DNA of 64,000 bases from an uncultured Planctomycetia bacterium (GTDB lineage: Bacteria; Omnitrophota; Gorgyraeia; JABMRG01). The notes below the pieces were generated by a model. It saw nothing but the letters and a program-made list of their open reading frames with translations, made no database searches and was not told the DNA's origin. Made by a program: the position numbers and the translations under genes. The DNA lies in NCBI GenBank assembly GCA_964634945.1, contig CAZWMG010000007.1:3488-67487 (forward strand), in the 5' to 3' direction. Positions 18,641 through 26,670 of the stretch are shown here, in pieces. Numbering within the stretch: position 1 is the stretch's first letter; each line of letters starts with the position of its first letter.

Positions 18641-18699
18641 TTAAACCTCATTATCCGCCTACACTCTTTTTCAACTACCTATATCGTGTCCTAGTTTCA

Positions 18700-18753
18700 G
18701 CGGATTAATTCGCCCATCTTCTTGCTTTCGCAAGAAAGCAGAGGGGTTCATTA
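18700..18753 (-). repeat. Partial, inverted third copy of the GC-clamped hairpin-B module of the dual-hairpin repeat family
   Basis: The reverse complement reads TAATGAACCCCTCTGCTTTCTTGCGAAAGCAAGAAGATGGGCGAATTAA. Compare TAATGAGCCCCTATGCTTTCTTTAAGAAAGCAAGAATAGGGGTGAATTAA at 24245 and TAGTGAGCCCCTAAGTTTTCTTGCTAAAGCAAGAATAGGGGCGAATTAA at 42650. Confidence 0.55.
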
Positions 18754-18907
18754 AAATAATAAATCCAGCAGTGAGCTGGATAATTATGAGTGATCTCTAT
18801 CACTCCATAGATAGGGAGCCCACCTTCTCCCCATCTATGGAGTTAGTTTATTATATTTTTACTCTATTGTCAACTGGTTGTGAGAAAAAAACATAGAAAA
18901 ACAAGGG

Positions 18908-18935
18908 CCACTACTCCCTATATAGGGAGTAGTGG
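18908..18935 (-). terminator. Rho-independent terminator after gspM: a perfect 28-nt palindrome (CCACTACTCCCTATATAGGGAGTAGTGG) followed on the transcript by a U-rich tract
   Basis: On the minus-strand RNA the hairpin is followed by CCCUUGUUUUUCUAUGUUUUUUUC. It sits 15 nt after the gspM stop. Confidence 0.65.
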
Positions 18936-18949
18936 TTGGAAGGATTGTT

Positions 18950-19483
18950 TCATTTTATTGCCAGTTTAGATATGAGCATGGAAGACCTTATGGCTACACC
19001 TTGCTGGCTACTCCTGGTATTGAGACTCAGCTTTTCAATCTTAAGCATCTGTCCGGAATTTTTAATGCGGTATATAAACTGCATAAGCGCATTCATGTCT
19101 GATTCAGTTTCTATCTCAACAGTAAACTTGCTATAATAATCCTTATGGCGTGGTGGCTTTGGCCTCATGCTTGTAATGCTAAGGCCTGAACCGCTGGCAG
19201 CCTTTTCGATCTCATCCAGTATAAGAGTTATGTCCTGCTCATCACTCCCTTTAGACTTAAGTTTTTTCTCATATTTTAGATACTCAGCATCTACCTTCTG
19301 CTTATCTTTTATAAGCGAGAGTGACTTTTTTAATTTTACCTTGACAATCTCTATTCTGCTATTGGCGCTGTGCCACCTCATAAAAAGTGGCTCTATTAAA
19401 AAATTATAACATAGCCCTATAATCGTAACTATGACTACGCTAACAAGTATCCTCTTTTCACGTTTTGACATTTTCTTCAGCAT
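18950..19483 (-). CDS. gspM: T2SS protein GspM (PilO-like)
   Basis: Short cytoplasmic N-terminus, a single TM helix (ILVSVVIVTIIGLCYNFLI), a periplasmic coiled coil plus ferredoxin-like domain, the right size (177 aa), and position right after gspL. Confidence 0.6.
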   Translation of the reverse strand: MLKKMSKREKRILVSVVIVTIIGLCYNFLIEPLFMRWHSANSRIEIVKVKLKKSLSLIKDKQKVDAEYLKYEKKLKSKGSDEQDITLILDEIEKAASGSGLSITSMRPKPPRHKDYYSKFTVEIETESDMNALMQFIYRIKNSGQMLKIEKLSLNTRSSQQGVAIRSSMLISKLAIK

Positions 19484-19529
19484 CTGTTATGGGTAGCCTT
19501 TCTGAGCATTAAAGACTGTTTTCGAATAC

Positions 19530-21011
19530 TTACTCTACAAAATTACAGCTTATTTGAAAGCCTACCATAGCAGACCCCCTTGTTCTTTTTTCAGCAACAG
19601 ATCGTGTCTGTACATTACTAAAACTCTCTGAGCTCTCAAGCAAAGTTACAAGCTTGAATACCTCTGAAATCTTTTGCGCTCTCCCGCGAAACCTGACCAC
19701 CTTGGATGTATCATCATAGTTAAAATCACTTAGATATATATTCCCCGGTATTATACTGTAAAGATTATATATAGCATTCAATGATGATGCTTCACCTGAA
19801 AGTTGCGCTTTTATGCTCCGTAACTTCTTAAATTTTGCCTCCGTCTGGTTAGCTGCCGATTCTACCTGAGAATACATCAATTTCAGTTCACTGAGAAGCG
19901 CTTCTCTCTGCCATATCTTTAAACCCACGAGTCCGAATAAAACTAAAAAAAGGATAGATAGCGCAACTGAAATATTTATAACTCTTTTGAAAGTAACGGT
20001 TGTGCTCTGTTTCTTCTTTTGCTTTTGAGAAATAAGATTAATGCCTTCCACAGCAAATGGCCCACCATATACTGTGCATATCGAGGCATCCTGTGGCACA
20101 CCTGCTTCTGTTATTGCCTCACCCTCAAAAGATGATTTTCTTAAGACATTTATTACTTTGCAAGGAGTGTTAATTCTGGTCGCAAAAAACTCCTTAAAGT
20201 CTTCAATGACAGAGCCGGCTCCGGTTATAACAAACTCTGATATATCCACCGCTGCCATAGCCTTCTCTTTAAAATGCGCGGCTATTGAGCGCTTTATCTC
20301 ATCTGCGAGTTTCTCCTTTGGCGAATTGCCTTTTTCCTTCTGCTTTGATATATCCAGTGCGCCTATAGAGATTGACCTGCTAAAATTAGGCCTTCCATCA
20401 GAAACTATTACTATCTCAGTGCTATTACTATCTATATCTATCAGACAGATGATCTTCCCCTGCTTTATCAACCCTTTTACTGTATTGAGCCACCCCATTA
20501 TAGCCTCTGAGCTCAATCTTATCTGCCTAAGCCTACTAACCAGGGCGCCTAATACGCGATTGATCCTCGCTATCTCATTCTTTGGAGAGATAACTAGCAT
20601 GACACTAGAATAACCTTCCTCGTCACTGCCCAACACTTCGTAATCTGATATAATCTCGTCTTCAGAGTATGGTGTCTGCTTCGCTGTCTCAAATGATACC
20701 ATCTTCTCTATCTCTGACCTATCTAGAGTAGGAAGGCGCATATACCTTACCATGGCCTTCTCCCTTGATATGATAGCGGTAACAGCTTCAGGCCTTATGC
20801 CTCTGCTGCTTACAGTATCATTCAATAACTTAGCTGTCTCTTCTTCAGATAGTCCGTATACAGATTCGACTAAAAGATTGGTTACGATAGGCCCCCTTGG
20901 GGTAATTTGTGATTCCAGGATTTTGAGATACTTGCTATCTACCTGTATATAGAGGTGCGGTCTTTTAGATATGATAAATGGGAAATTCAATTTTACTACT
21001 CCTGATACCAA
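19530..21011 (-). CDS. gspL: T2SS protein GspL: an actin-like cytoplasmic domain (PilM-like), a TM helix and a periplasmic PilN-like domain
   Basis: Actin-like ATPase-fold region (ICLIDIDSNSTEIVIVSDG ... ITGAGSVIEDF), TM segment VALSILFLVLFGLVGL, then a periplasmic domain. It sits between gspK and gspM. Confidence 0.65.
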   Translation of the reverse strand: MVSGVVKLNFPFIISKRPHLYIQVDSKYLKILESQITPRGPIVTNLLVESVYGLSEEETAKLLNDTVSSRGIRPEAVTAIISREKAMVRYMRLPTLDRSEIEKMVSFETAKQTPYSEDEIISDYEVLGSDEEGYSSVMLVISPKNEIARINRVLGALVSRLRQIRLSSEAIMGWLNTVKGLIKQGKIICLIDIDSNSTEIVIVSDGRPNFSRSISIGALDISKQKEKGNSPKEKLADEIKRSIAAHFKEKAMAAVDISEFVITGAGSVIEDFKEFFATRINTPCKVINVLRKSSFEGEAITEAGVPQDASICTVYGGPFAVEGINLISQKQKKKQSTTVTFKRVINISVALSILFLVLFGLVGLKIWQREALLSELKLMYSQVESAANQTEAKFKKLRSIKAQLSGEASSLNAIYNLYSIIPGNIYLSDFNYDDTSKVVRFRGRAQKISEVFKLVTLLESSESFSNVQTRSVAEKRTRGSAMVGFQISCNFVE

Positions 21012-22147
21012 TATTTGATTAAAGGCGGCTTATCCTTGTCCTTAAAACTGTATACCGCCTCCAATCTCATCTTTACCCTTTTTACCCGAGCTAACACTAT
21101 TGCGCGATATGTATCTGAAGTAACTCGAAACTGTGGGCTTAAACCTGAGATAAGGCCCCTTACCCTGCTATATTCATCAGTTGTTATACCATAGATATTA
21201 GCATACCATTGTCCATCTTGCAAATTCTTTATTTCAACAAGCCCTTCTTTTCCTCTATCTGTTATAGTTGAACCATAGGAAAACCAGGCATCATCACTTG
21301 TGCCGATAAGGTCATCCTCACCTCTCCTATAATCCATTATTTTTGACGCAAGATTAGTAAAATCCGGGCCAAAGAGAGCGCTTAGGACCGGTTCGCTAGC
21401 GCTATTGATATTTATTTTTCCGCTGCCAAAGACTGTGATATATGGCTTAATCATATTAAGAACTTTTGAGTCAACCCCCCTTACAAGCAGGAGCTCATAT
21501 ATTGTATTGAAATCTGAATCTTTACAATCGTATCGCTCCGGGAGGCCTTGGTAATACATATCCTCAGCACCATAGAGAAGCCTGTTCTCGGAAGACATGA
21601 CAAGATCATCTTTATCGCGCCAGTCCAATATCGCCCCGGCTATCTCTGCCGCATTATCCTCATCAATATTAAAATATACCAACAGATTATTTAGCGTCTC
21701 CTCAGTAACCATATTGAGATTAATCTTTGATTCTTCATCCATAAGGCCATATAACGTAACAGGCGCATCTTCACCCTGATCAAACAAGGGGTATTCATAA
21801 CTTACTGTATAGCTTCCATCTCCGAAAGGATGCCTGTCAAAAAGCGCCTTATTATTTGCCCATGGCTGGCTCAAGGCATCGATGCCTACTGAAAGGTTTT
21901 TTTTGTATTCAAGCTTTTTCTCTGATATTACACGTGTAATGCCAGCACGCGCTATGAAATAGGCCTTTATCTTGTCTATATCATAAGATGTAAGCTTAAG
22001 TGTAATAGCAGACTGTCTTCCTATGCTCACGGCAAATACGGCAAGTATGGCAACCATCCAAAGAGAGGCTATAAGTATTACACCTTTTTCGGTTTTAGGT
22101 TTTATGTTTTTGGTTGTCGTCTTATAATGCATAATCGCTCTTTTCAC
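20996..22147 (-). CDS. gspK: T2SS minor pseudopilin GspK
   Basis: N-terminus GVILIASLWMVAILAVFAVSIG is the GspK-type hydrophobic segment lacking the conserved Glu5. It is large (383 aa), has a KININSASEPVLSALFG HhH-like motif typical of GspK, and follows gspJ. Confidence 0.7.
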   Translation of the reverse strand: MKRAIMHYKTTTKNIKPKTEKGVILIASLWMVAILAVFAVSIGRQSAITLKLTSYDIDKIKAYFIARAGITRVISEKKLEYKKNLSVGIDALSQPWANNKALFDRHPFGDGSYTVSYEYPLFDQGEDAPVTLYGLMDEESKINLNMVTEETLNNLLVYFNIDEDNAAEIAGAILDWRDKDDLVMSSENRLLYGAEDMYYQGLPERYDCKDSDFNTIYELLLVRGVDSKVLNMIKPYITVFGSGKININSASEPVLSALFGPDFTNLASKIMDYRRGEDDLIGTSDDAWFSYGSTITDRGKEGLVEIKNLQDGQWYANIYGITTDEYSRVRGLISGLSPQFRVTSDTYRAIVLARVKRVKMRLEAVYSFKDKDKPPLIKYWYQE

Positions 22148-22149
22148 TA

Positions 22150-22860
22150 CTACGTTGCCGATACACTAACTTCTCCCGATAGAATATCCGTAAGCCTACC
22201 TGCTGGGATACAAATCTGTCTAGAGAATGTTTTCTGTCTACCATCTATAGATTCTGATACCGAAATATCTATCTTTACCCCAAGCGGTAATCCATTTCCT
22301 GTTTCCCATAGATCGATCCATTCATACTCCGCGGCAGTGGGCTCCTCATCAATATTTTGCGCTGTTTGATACAGATCGAGATATAAATAAGTACATTTAA
22401 AATCAGAGATGCCCTCAAGAATAACATTGCCTTCTTTTACGGGTATATCGAAAAGCCCTCCTTCAACATCATCATCTAACATAAAAAGTGAAGCAAGCGC
22501 ATCTTTTAAAGGCTCTACTTCTCTTATCAGGGCCTGGCCCTTATCATTACCTTTTAAATAATAACTTACACGCCCCACATTTATATCCGCGCTATCACTC
22601 TCAGTCAATGTAGTTACAAAAGAAACTTTATCATTATAGCCTTCAAAGGGTAAGTTGGATATATAGACCATATTCCTAACATCCCTTGTCAGCTTTAGAA
22701 AAACGTGCCTTACTCTCTGTTGAAATTCCGCTTCCTGCTCAATACGTCTGTAGGAGATAATGCCTCCTCGAAAACATGAGTATAATACAACAGCTATCAA
22801 AGAGAATATAACTACTGATACCAAAAGCTCAATTAATGTGAACGCCTTTTCTCTATTCAT
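22150..22860 (-). CDS. gspJ: T2SS minor pseudopilin GspJ
   Basis: Prepilin-type N-terminus KAFTLIELLVSVVIFSLIAVV, size 236 aa, and position between gspI and gspK. Confidence 0.55.
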   Translation of the reverse strand: MNREKAFTLIELLVSVVIFSLIAVVLYSCFRGGIISYRRIEQEAEFQQRVRHVFLKLTRDVRNMVYISNLPFEGYNDKVSFVTTLTESDSADINVGRVSYYLKGNDKGQALIREVEPLKDALASLFMLDDDVEGGLFDIPVKEGNVILEGISDFKCTYLYLDLYQTAQNIDEEPTAAEYEWIDLWETGNGLPLGVKIDISVSESIDGRQKTFSRQICIPAGRLTDILSGEVSVSAT

Positions 22861-23285
22861 TCTTCCTCATCTTCATTAGGAATCGGCACATAAGTCAATA
22901 TATCTATCTTTCTTTCAAAGCCTCTCGCCTGCCAAGACAGCGAAGCGGCGAATCGTTCTATTTCAAGGTCTTCCTGATCATATTCTTCACCTTTATCATC
23001 ACTTGTAAGAGGGGATGTTTGGCTTCTTAGCTGGAAACCCTCATCCATAAAAACCGCGTTCTCCTCTAAGAAAGGTGGGGCGCCTTCTTCTGAATCAAGA
23101 AGAAGCTCAAGGCCAAAGGCCCTGTTCTTTAATATGAGAATAGCCTCACGATAACCATTAGATAATGAGACCGCTTTCAGTGATGAGGTAAACGCGTGGT
23201 TAATAAAAACAATAGAAACAGCGACTATAACAACTGTTATCAGAACCTCGATCAGCAAGAATGCCTTATTCTTCAATATAATCAT
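22857..23285 (-). CDS. gspI: T2SS minor pseudopilin GspI
   Basis: Prepilin-type N-terminus KAFLLIEVLITVVIVAVSIV, 142 aa, between gspH and gspJ. Confidence 0.55.
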   Translation of the reverse strand: MIILKNKAFLLIEVLITVVIVAVSIVFINHAFTSSLKAVSLSNGYREAILILKNRAFGLELLLDSEEGAPPFLEENAVFMDEGFQLRSQTSPLTSDDKGEEYDQEDLEIERFAASLSWQARGFERKIDILTYVPIPNEDEEE

Positions 23286-23844
23286 AAACTTTTATCAGGC
23301 CTGTGCCTGCTTCTATCGAAATTACGATGGTTTTGTTCTCTTTGCCAACAAGGTATATCTTAGTGAAATCCGTATCACCATCAGGCGAAAAGTCTACTAC
23401 GCTATTACCTGTCTTAATTTCTATGCCACTGGGCATCCTAAAAGATCTGCCCCAGCGCTCCTTCAGCGGCTTAAAAGTTTTATTTTCTTCATCTTTTACA
23501 AAAACCCTATAAAAGCAATTTTGAGCATCTATAACAAGCCTGTAATCTCTCCTTTCAAATACCGCTCTTTCAAGACAAAATTTTGCCGTATACGCGATGT
23601 TTTTAGCAGAGGTTGTAAGTTTAAGATCCTCATAGGTTCTTCTGAAGATGGGGGTAGATAAAGCTACAAGGGCAAGAATAATTGCGGCAACCAGCATCAG
23701 CTCCAGTAGAGTAAAGGCATAATTGGATCTCGAATCTTTGGTTTCCGGTATGCGATGCTTAACTTTAGATAGACACCGAAAGCCTAACATCAAACGCCTC
23801 CTCAATAGACTACTCTTTAATAACTTCCCAGTTGACAATATCAT
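23266..23844 (-). CDS. gspH: T2SS minor pseudopilin GspH
   Basis: Prepilin motif YAFTLLELMLVAAIILALVA, 192 aa (the true start may be a later Met), directly after gspG. Confidence 0.55.
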   Translation of the reverse strand: MILSTGKLLKSSLLRRRLMLGFRCLSKVKHRIPETKDSRSNYAFTLLELMLVAAIILALVALSTPIFRRTYEDLKLTTSAKNIAYTAKFCLERAVFERRDYRLVIDAQNCFYRVFVKDEENKTFKPLKERWGRSFRMPSGIEIKTGNSVVDFSPDGDTDFTKIYLVGKENKTIVISIEAGTGLIKVYDYIEE

Positions 23845-24238
23845 CTGAGCTCTCTATCCCATCTGCTCCATATGAAAATAGATCGTAGTCGTGAAGATTA
23901 TGCGTTCCTGGAGATATATAGTTATAAGGATTGCCCCAAGGGTCTTTAGGGGTCTTTTTTATATATGGGCCTTTCCAATTAGGGGGGCTGGGCGGGGAGG
24001 GGGGCATTTTTCTCAAAGCCACAAGCCCCTGCTCAGTTGAAGGATATATTCCATTATCAAGCTCGTAAAGATCCAATGCTGTAGCAAGGTGCGCCTCTAT
24101 CTGGGCCTGTGCTGCCGCAAAACGCGCCTCCTGCGATCTACCAACAAGGCGTGGCACAACCAACGCGACAAGCACACTTATAATAATCACAACAAGCATA
24201 AGTTCTATTAAAGTAAAACCACTTTTTTTCATCTTCAT
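23810..24238 (-). CDS. gspG: T2SS major pseudopilin GspG
   Basis: MKMKKSGFTLIELMLVVIIISVLVALVVP is the canonical GspG N-terminus (G|F cleavage site, Glu+5). It has a GspG-type C-terminal domain carrying a PPSPPSPP insertion. SD AAGGAG is 6 nt upstream. Confidence 0.85.
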   Translation of the reverse strand: MKMKKSGFTLIELMLVVIIISVLVALVVPRLVGRSQEARFAAAQAQIEAHLATALDLYELDNGIYPSTEQGLVALRKMPPSPPSPPNWKGPYIKKTPKDPWGNPYNYISPGTHNLHDYDLFSYGADGIESSDDIVNWEVIKE

Positions 24239-24244
24239 CTCCTT

Positions 24245-24334
24245 AATGAGCCCCTATGCTTTCTTTAAGAAAGCAAGAATAGGGGTGAATTAACCCCCGT
24301 CGCTTTGTTTCGCAAAGCGAAACAGCGGGGGTAA
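24245..24334. repeat. Dual GC-clamped hairpin intergenic element, copy 1: hairpin B (CCCCTA...TAGGGG) and hairpin A (CCCCCG...CGGGGG). It lies between the lacI-family gene stop and the gspG start.
   Basis: About 85% identical over about 90 nt to 42650..42737. The inner stems differ but stay palindromic: TGTTTCGC/GCGAAACA here versus TGTTTAGC/GCTAAACA in copy 2. Confidence 0.65.
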
Positions 24335-24354
24335 CAACTACCCACAACTTAGAC

Positions 24355-24374
24355 CTGCCTGCCGGCAGGCAGGG
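24355..24374. repeat. Perfect 20-nt GC-rich palindrome CCTGCCTGCCGGCAGGCAGG, nested inside a 10-bp outer inverted repeat (CACAACTTAG / CTAAGTTGTG). It lies just downstream of the lacI-family gene and is a likely terminator.
   Basis: Seen directly. Related CCTGCC-N-GGCAGG palindromes occur at 32518..32536 and 55173..55191. Confidence 0.5.
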
Positions 24375-24410
24375 AGTGAAACGAACTAAGTTGTGCAGCC
24401 GAATTAGAAT

Positions 24411-25415
24411 CTATAATTTGGCGCAAGATTTTCGTTCTATAAGTTTTGCTTCCAATAAGATCTTCAAAGGTTGCTTTTTCTTGCCTGATACTATCTGGTT
24501 TAATAATTCAACGCCCATCCTTCCCATCTCCGCGATAGGCTGCCATACAGTCGTTAATGCAACAGGTGAATATGAGCATAGTGGATTATCATCGAAACCT
24601 ACAATTGATATATCATCGGGAATCTTTAATCCCTTCTTCCGAGCGACATCCATCGCCTCCATAGCCATTACATCACTTGCGCAAAATACAGCGGTGGGGG
24701 GATCTTTAAGCGCTAATAGGTGCTCCATTGCCTTCTTGGCCGGTGAACGCAGATAATGGCCTACTGTAATATAATTCGTGCTCAGCTTCAAGCCATTCGA
24801 CTTAAGAGCAGCCTTAAAGCCCTCAAGACGCTTCTTACCGGATTCCGTTGAAAGGTCCCCTGCTATCGTAGCGATATTTTTATGTCCTAATTTTACAAGA
24901 TATTCCACTATATCGATAGCCGCTTTTTCATTATTAATGGCAATAGAATTTACAGGCTCTTTTTCAAAAGAATTATTTAAGACCATGCAAGGCACTTTTC
25001 TCGCAAGAATCTTTTTGAGCTGCTGTCTATCACTATTTATGTCGGCAAAAAGTATCGCGTCTATATACTCTGGGCTTAACGCGCTGCTTGTAAGCCAATC
25101 TTCGTGCTTTTGCCTTTCGCTTATATGTATAATAATATCTATCTTGAGCCTGCTTGCCGCAAGCACTACACCTTTTATAACCTTTGTGGCATAAAAAGAG
25201 TGGAATATATCCTCAAACTGAGGAACGATAAGGCCAAAGACCTTGCCTTTTTTGCGCTTTATGGCAGGACTCACAGAGGCGTTAAGTTTCATGGACTTTA
25301 TAACATCTTCAACCTTTTTCCTCTCAAGTGACTTTACATTAGGGGCCCCTTGCATAACCCTTGAAACGACCATTGACGAAACATTTGCTTTTTTTGCGAT
25401 ATCACTTATCTTCAC
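24411..25415 (-). CDS. LacI-family transcriptional regulator, embedded between gspF and gspG
   Basis: N-terminal LacI HTH (MKISDIAKKANVSSMVVSRVMQG) and a periplasmic-binding-protein-like sugar-binding core. Confidence 0.85.
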   Translation of the reverse strand: MKISDIAKKANVSSMVVSRVMQGAPNVKSLERKKVEDVIKSMKLNASVSPAIKRKKGKVFGLIVPQFEDIFHSFYATKVIKGVVLAASRLKIDIIIHISERQKHEDWLTSSALSPEYIDAILFADINSDRQQLKKILARKVPCMVLNNSFEKEPVNSIAINNEKAAIDIVEYLVKLGHKNIATIAGDLSTESGKKRLEGFKAALKSNGLKLSTNYITVGHYLRSPAKKAMEHLLALKDPPTAVFCASDVMAMEAMDVARKKGLKIPDDISIVGFDDNPLCSYSPVALTTVWQPIAEMGRMGVELLNQIVSGKKKQPLKILLEAKLIERKSCAKL

Positions 25416-25450
25416 TTTGTACCCCTTTTTTAATAAATCCTTATTCCTAT

Positions 25451-26668
25451 TTATCGTATCATTAAATTTAACTGAAATATTGGCAAAAGCATGGCGATAA
25501 CAATGAAACCAACTACAATACCCATAAAAAGTATAAGTCCTGGCTCAAGCAATGATGTAATTGCCTTTGTTGCGCGGTCAATCTCGGTATCATAGGCATC
25601 CGCGATCTTGAAAAGTGATTTTTCTAGCGTCCCGCTCTCTTCGCCGACAGCTATCATATTTGTTACCATCACGGGGAAATGTCCGCTCTTTTTTACGCTT
25701 ATTGATAAAGGAGCGCCTTCGACAACATCCTTTTTTGCCTCTTCCATGTCGTGCCTTATAACTGTATTCCCTAATGTAGAAGACGCTACACCCAACGCTT
25801 GTATAATAGGTACGCCATTACCGATAAGCGTGCCCAGTGTTCTGCCAAATCTAGCGATCTCTACCTTTTGAACAAAAGAACCCAAGAGTGGCACCTTAAG
25901 CTTTATCGCGTCAAAAGCAGCCTTACCATCTTCTGTTTTTAACCACCGACTAAAAGCCGTTATGGTAATAACAACAACAATTATCATCAGTATCCAGAAC
26001 CTTGCGAAAAAACTGCTTATGCCAATCAGTATCTTTGTTGGCAATGGCAAGGCCTGGCCAAGATCAATAAAGATTGATGTAAGCCTAGGTGCTACAAAAC
26101 TTAGGAGTACAAATATTGTAATAAATCCTACAAACGCCATCAGAGCCGGGTATGCCATACTGGCACGTACTTTTGAGATGCTCTCTTCGTCCTTCTCCAT
26201 GAAATCACTGAGGCGCCTTAAAACATTTTCCAGGCTACCGCTTATTTCACCGGCCGCTACCATACTAACATAGAGCACGGAGAATACTTTAGGATATTTT
26301 GCCAAAGCCGCTGAAAATGTAACGCCACCCCTGACATCATCGCGTATAAGCCCTATCGTATGCCTTAAATGCGGGCTTTCACTCTGCTCCATTAATACAC
26401 TTAGGCCGTTTAGCATGGTCATGCCCGAATCGAGCAGATTGGAAAGCTGTCTGGTAAAATTGCTCAGGTCACGCAGCCTAATAGACTTGAAAAACAGAAA
26501 TCTTCCTTTTGACTTTTTAATAAAAGCAGCTGTCTCTTCTTCAATTGAAAGAACAAAAAGCCCCATGGAGCTAAGCTTTGCAGCTGCCTGGTTCTGATTC
26601 TCCGCTTCTATCTTTCCTTCTTTAATCTCTGCAGGTCCGCGTTTCGCTTTATAGATATATCTTGGCAT
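25451..26668 (-). CDS. gspF: T2SS inner-membrane platform protein GspF (PilC family)
   Basis: 405 aa with two repeated GspF domains and 3 TM helices. It immediately follows gspE. Confidence 0.85.
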   Translation of the reverse strand: MPRYIYKAKRGPAEIKEGKIEAENQNQAAAKLSSMGLFVLSIEEETAAFIKKSKGRFLFFKSIRLRDLSNFTRQLSNLLDSGMTMLNGLSVLMEQSESPHLRHTIGLIRDDVRGGVTFSAALAKYPKVFSVLYVSMVAAGEISGSLENVLRRLSDFMEKDEESISKVRASMAYPALMAFVGFITIFVLLSFVAPRLTSIFIDLGQALPLPTKILIGISSFFARFWILMIIVVVITITAFSRWLKTEDGKAAFDAIKLKVPLLGSFVQKVEIARFGRTLGTLIGNGVPIIQALGVASSTLGNTVIRHDMEEAKKDVVEGAPLSISVKKSGHFPVMVTNMIAVGEESGTLEKSLFKIADAYDTEIDRATKAITSLLEPGLILFMGIVVGFIVIAMLLPIFQLNLMIR

Positions 26669-26670
26669 AT

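Noticed and set aside
18850-18880. TTGACA ... TATAAT-like hexamers on the minus strand upstream of the merR-like gene
   Set aside because: The spacer between the hexamers is only 12 nt, not 17 plus or minus 1. It is not a credible sigma70 promoter as it stands.
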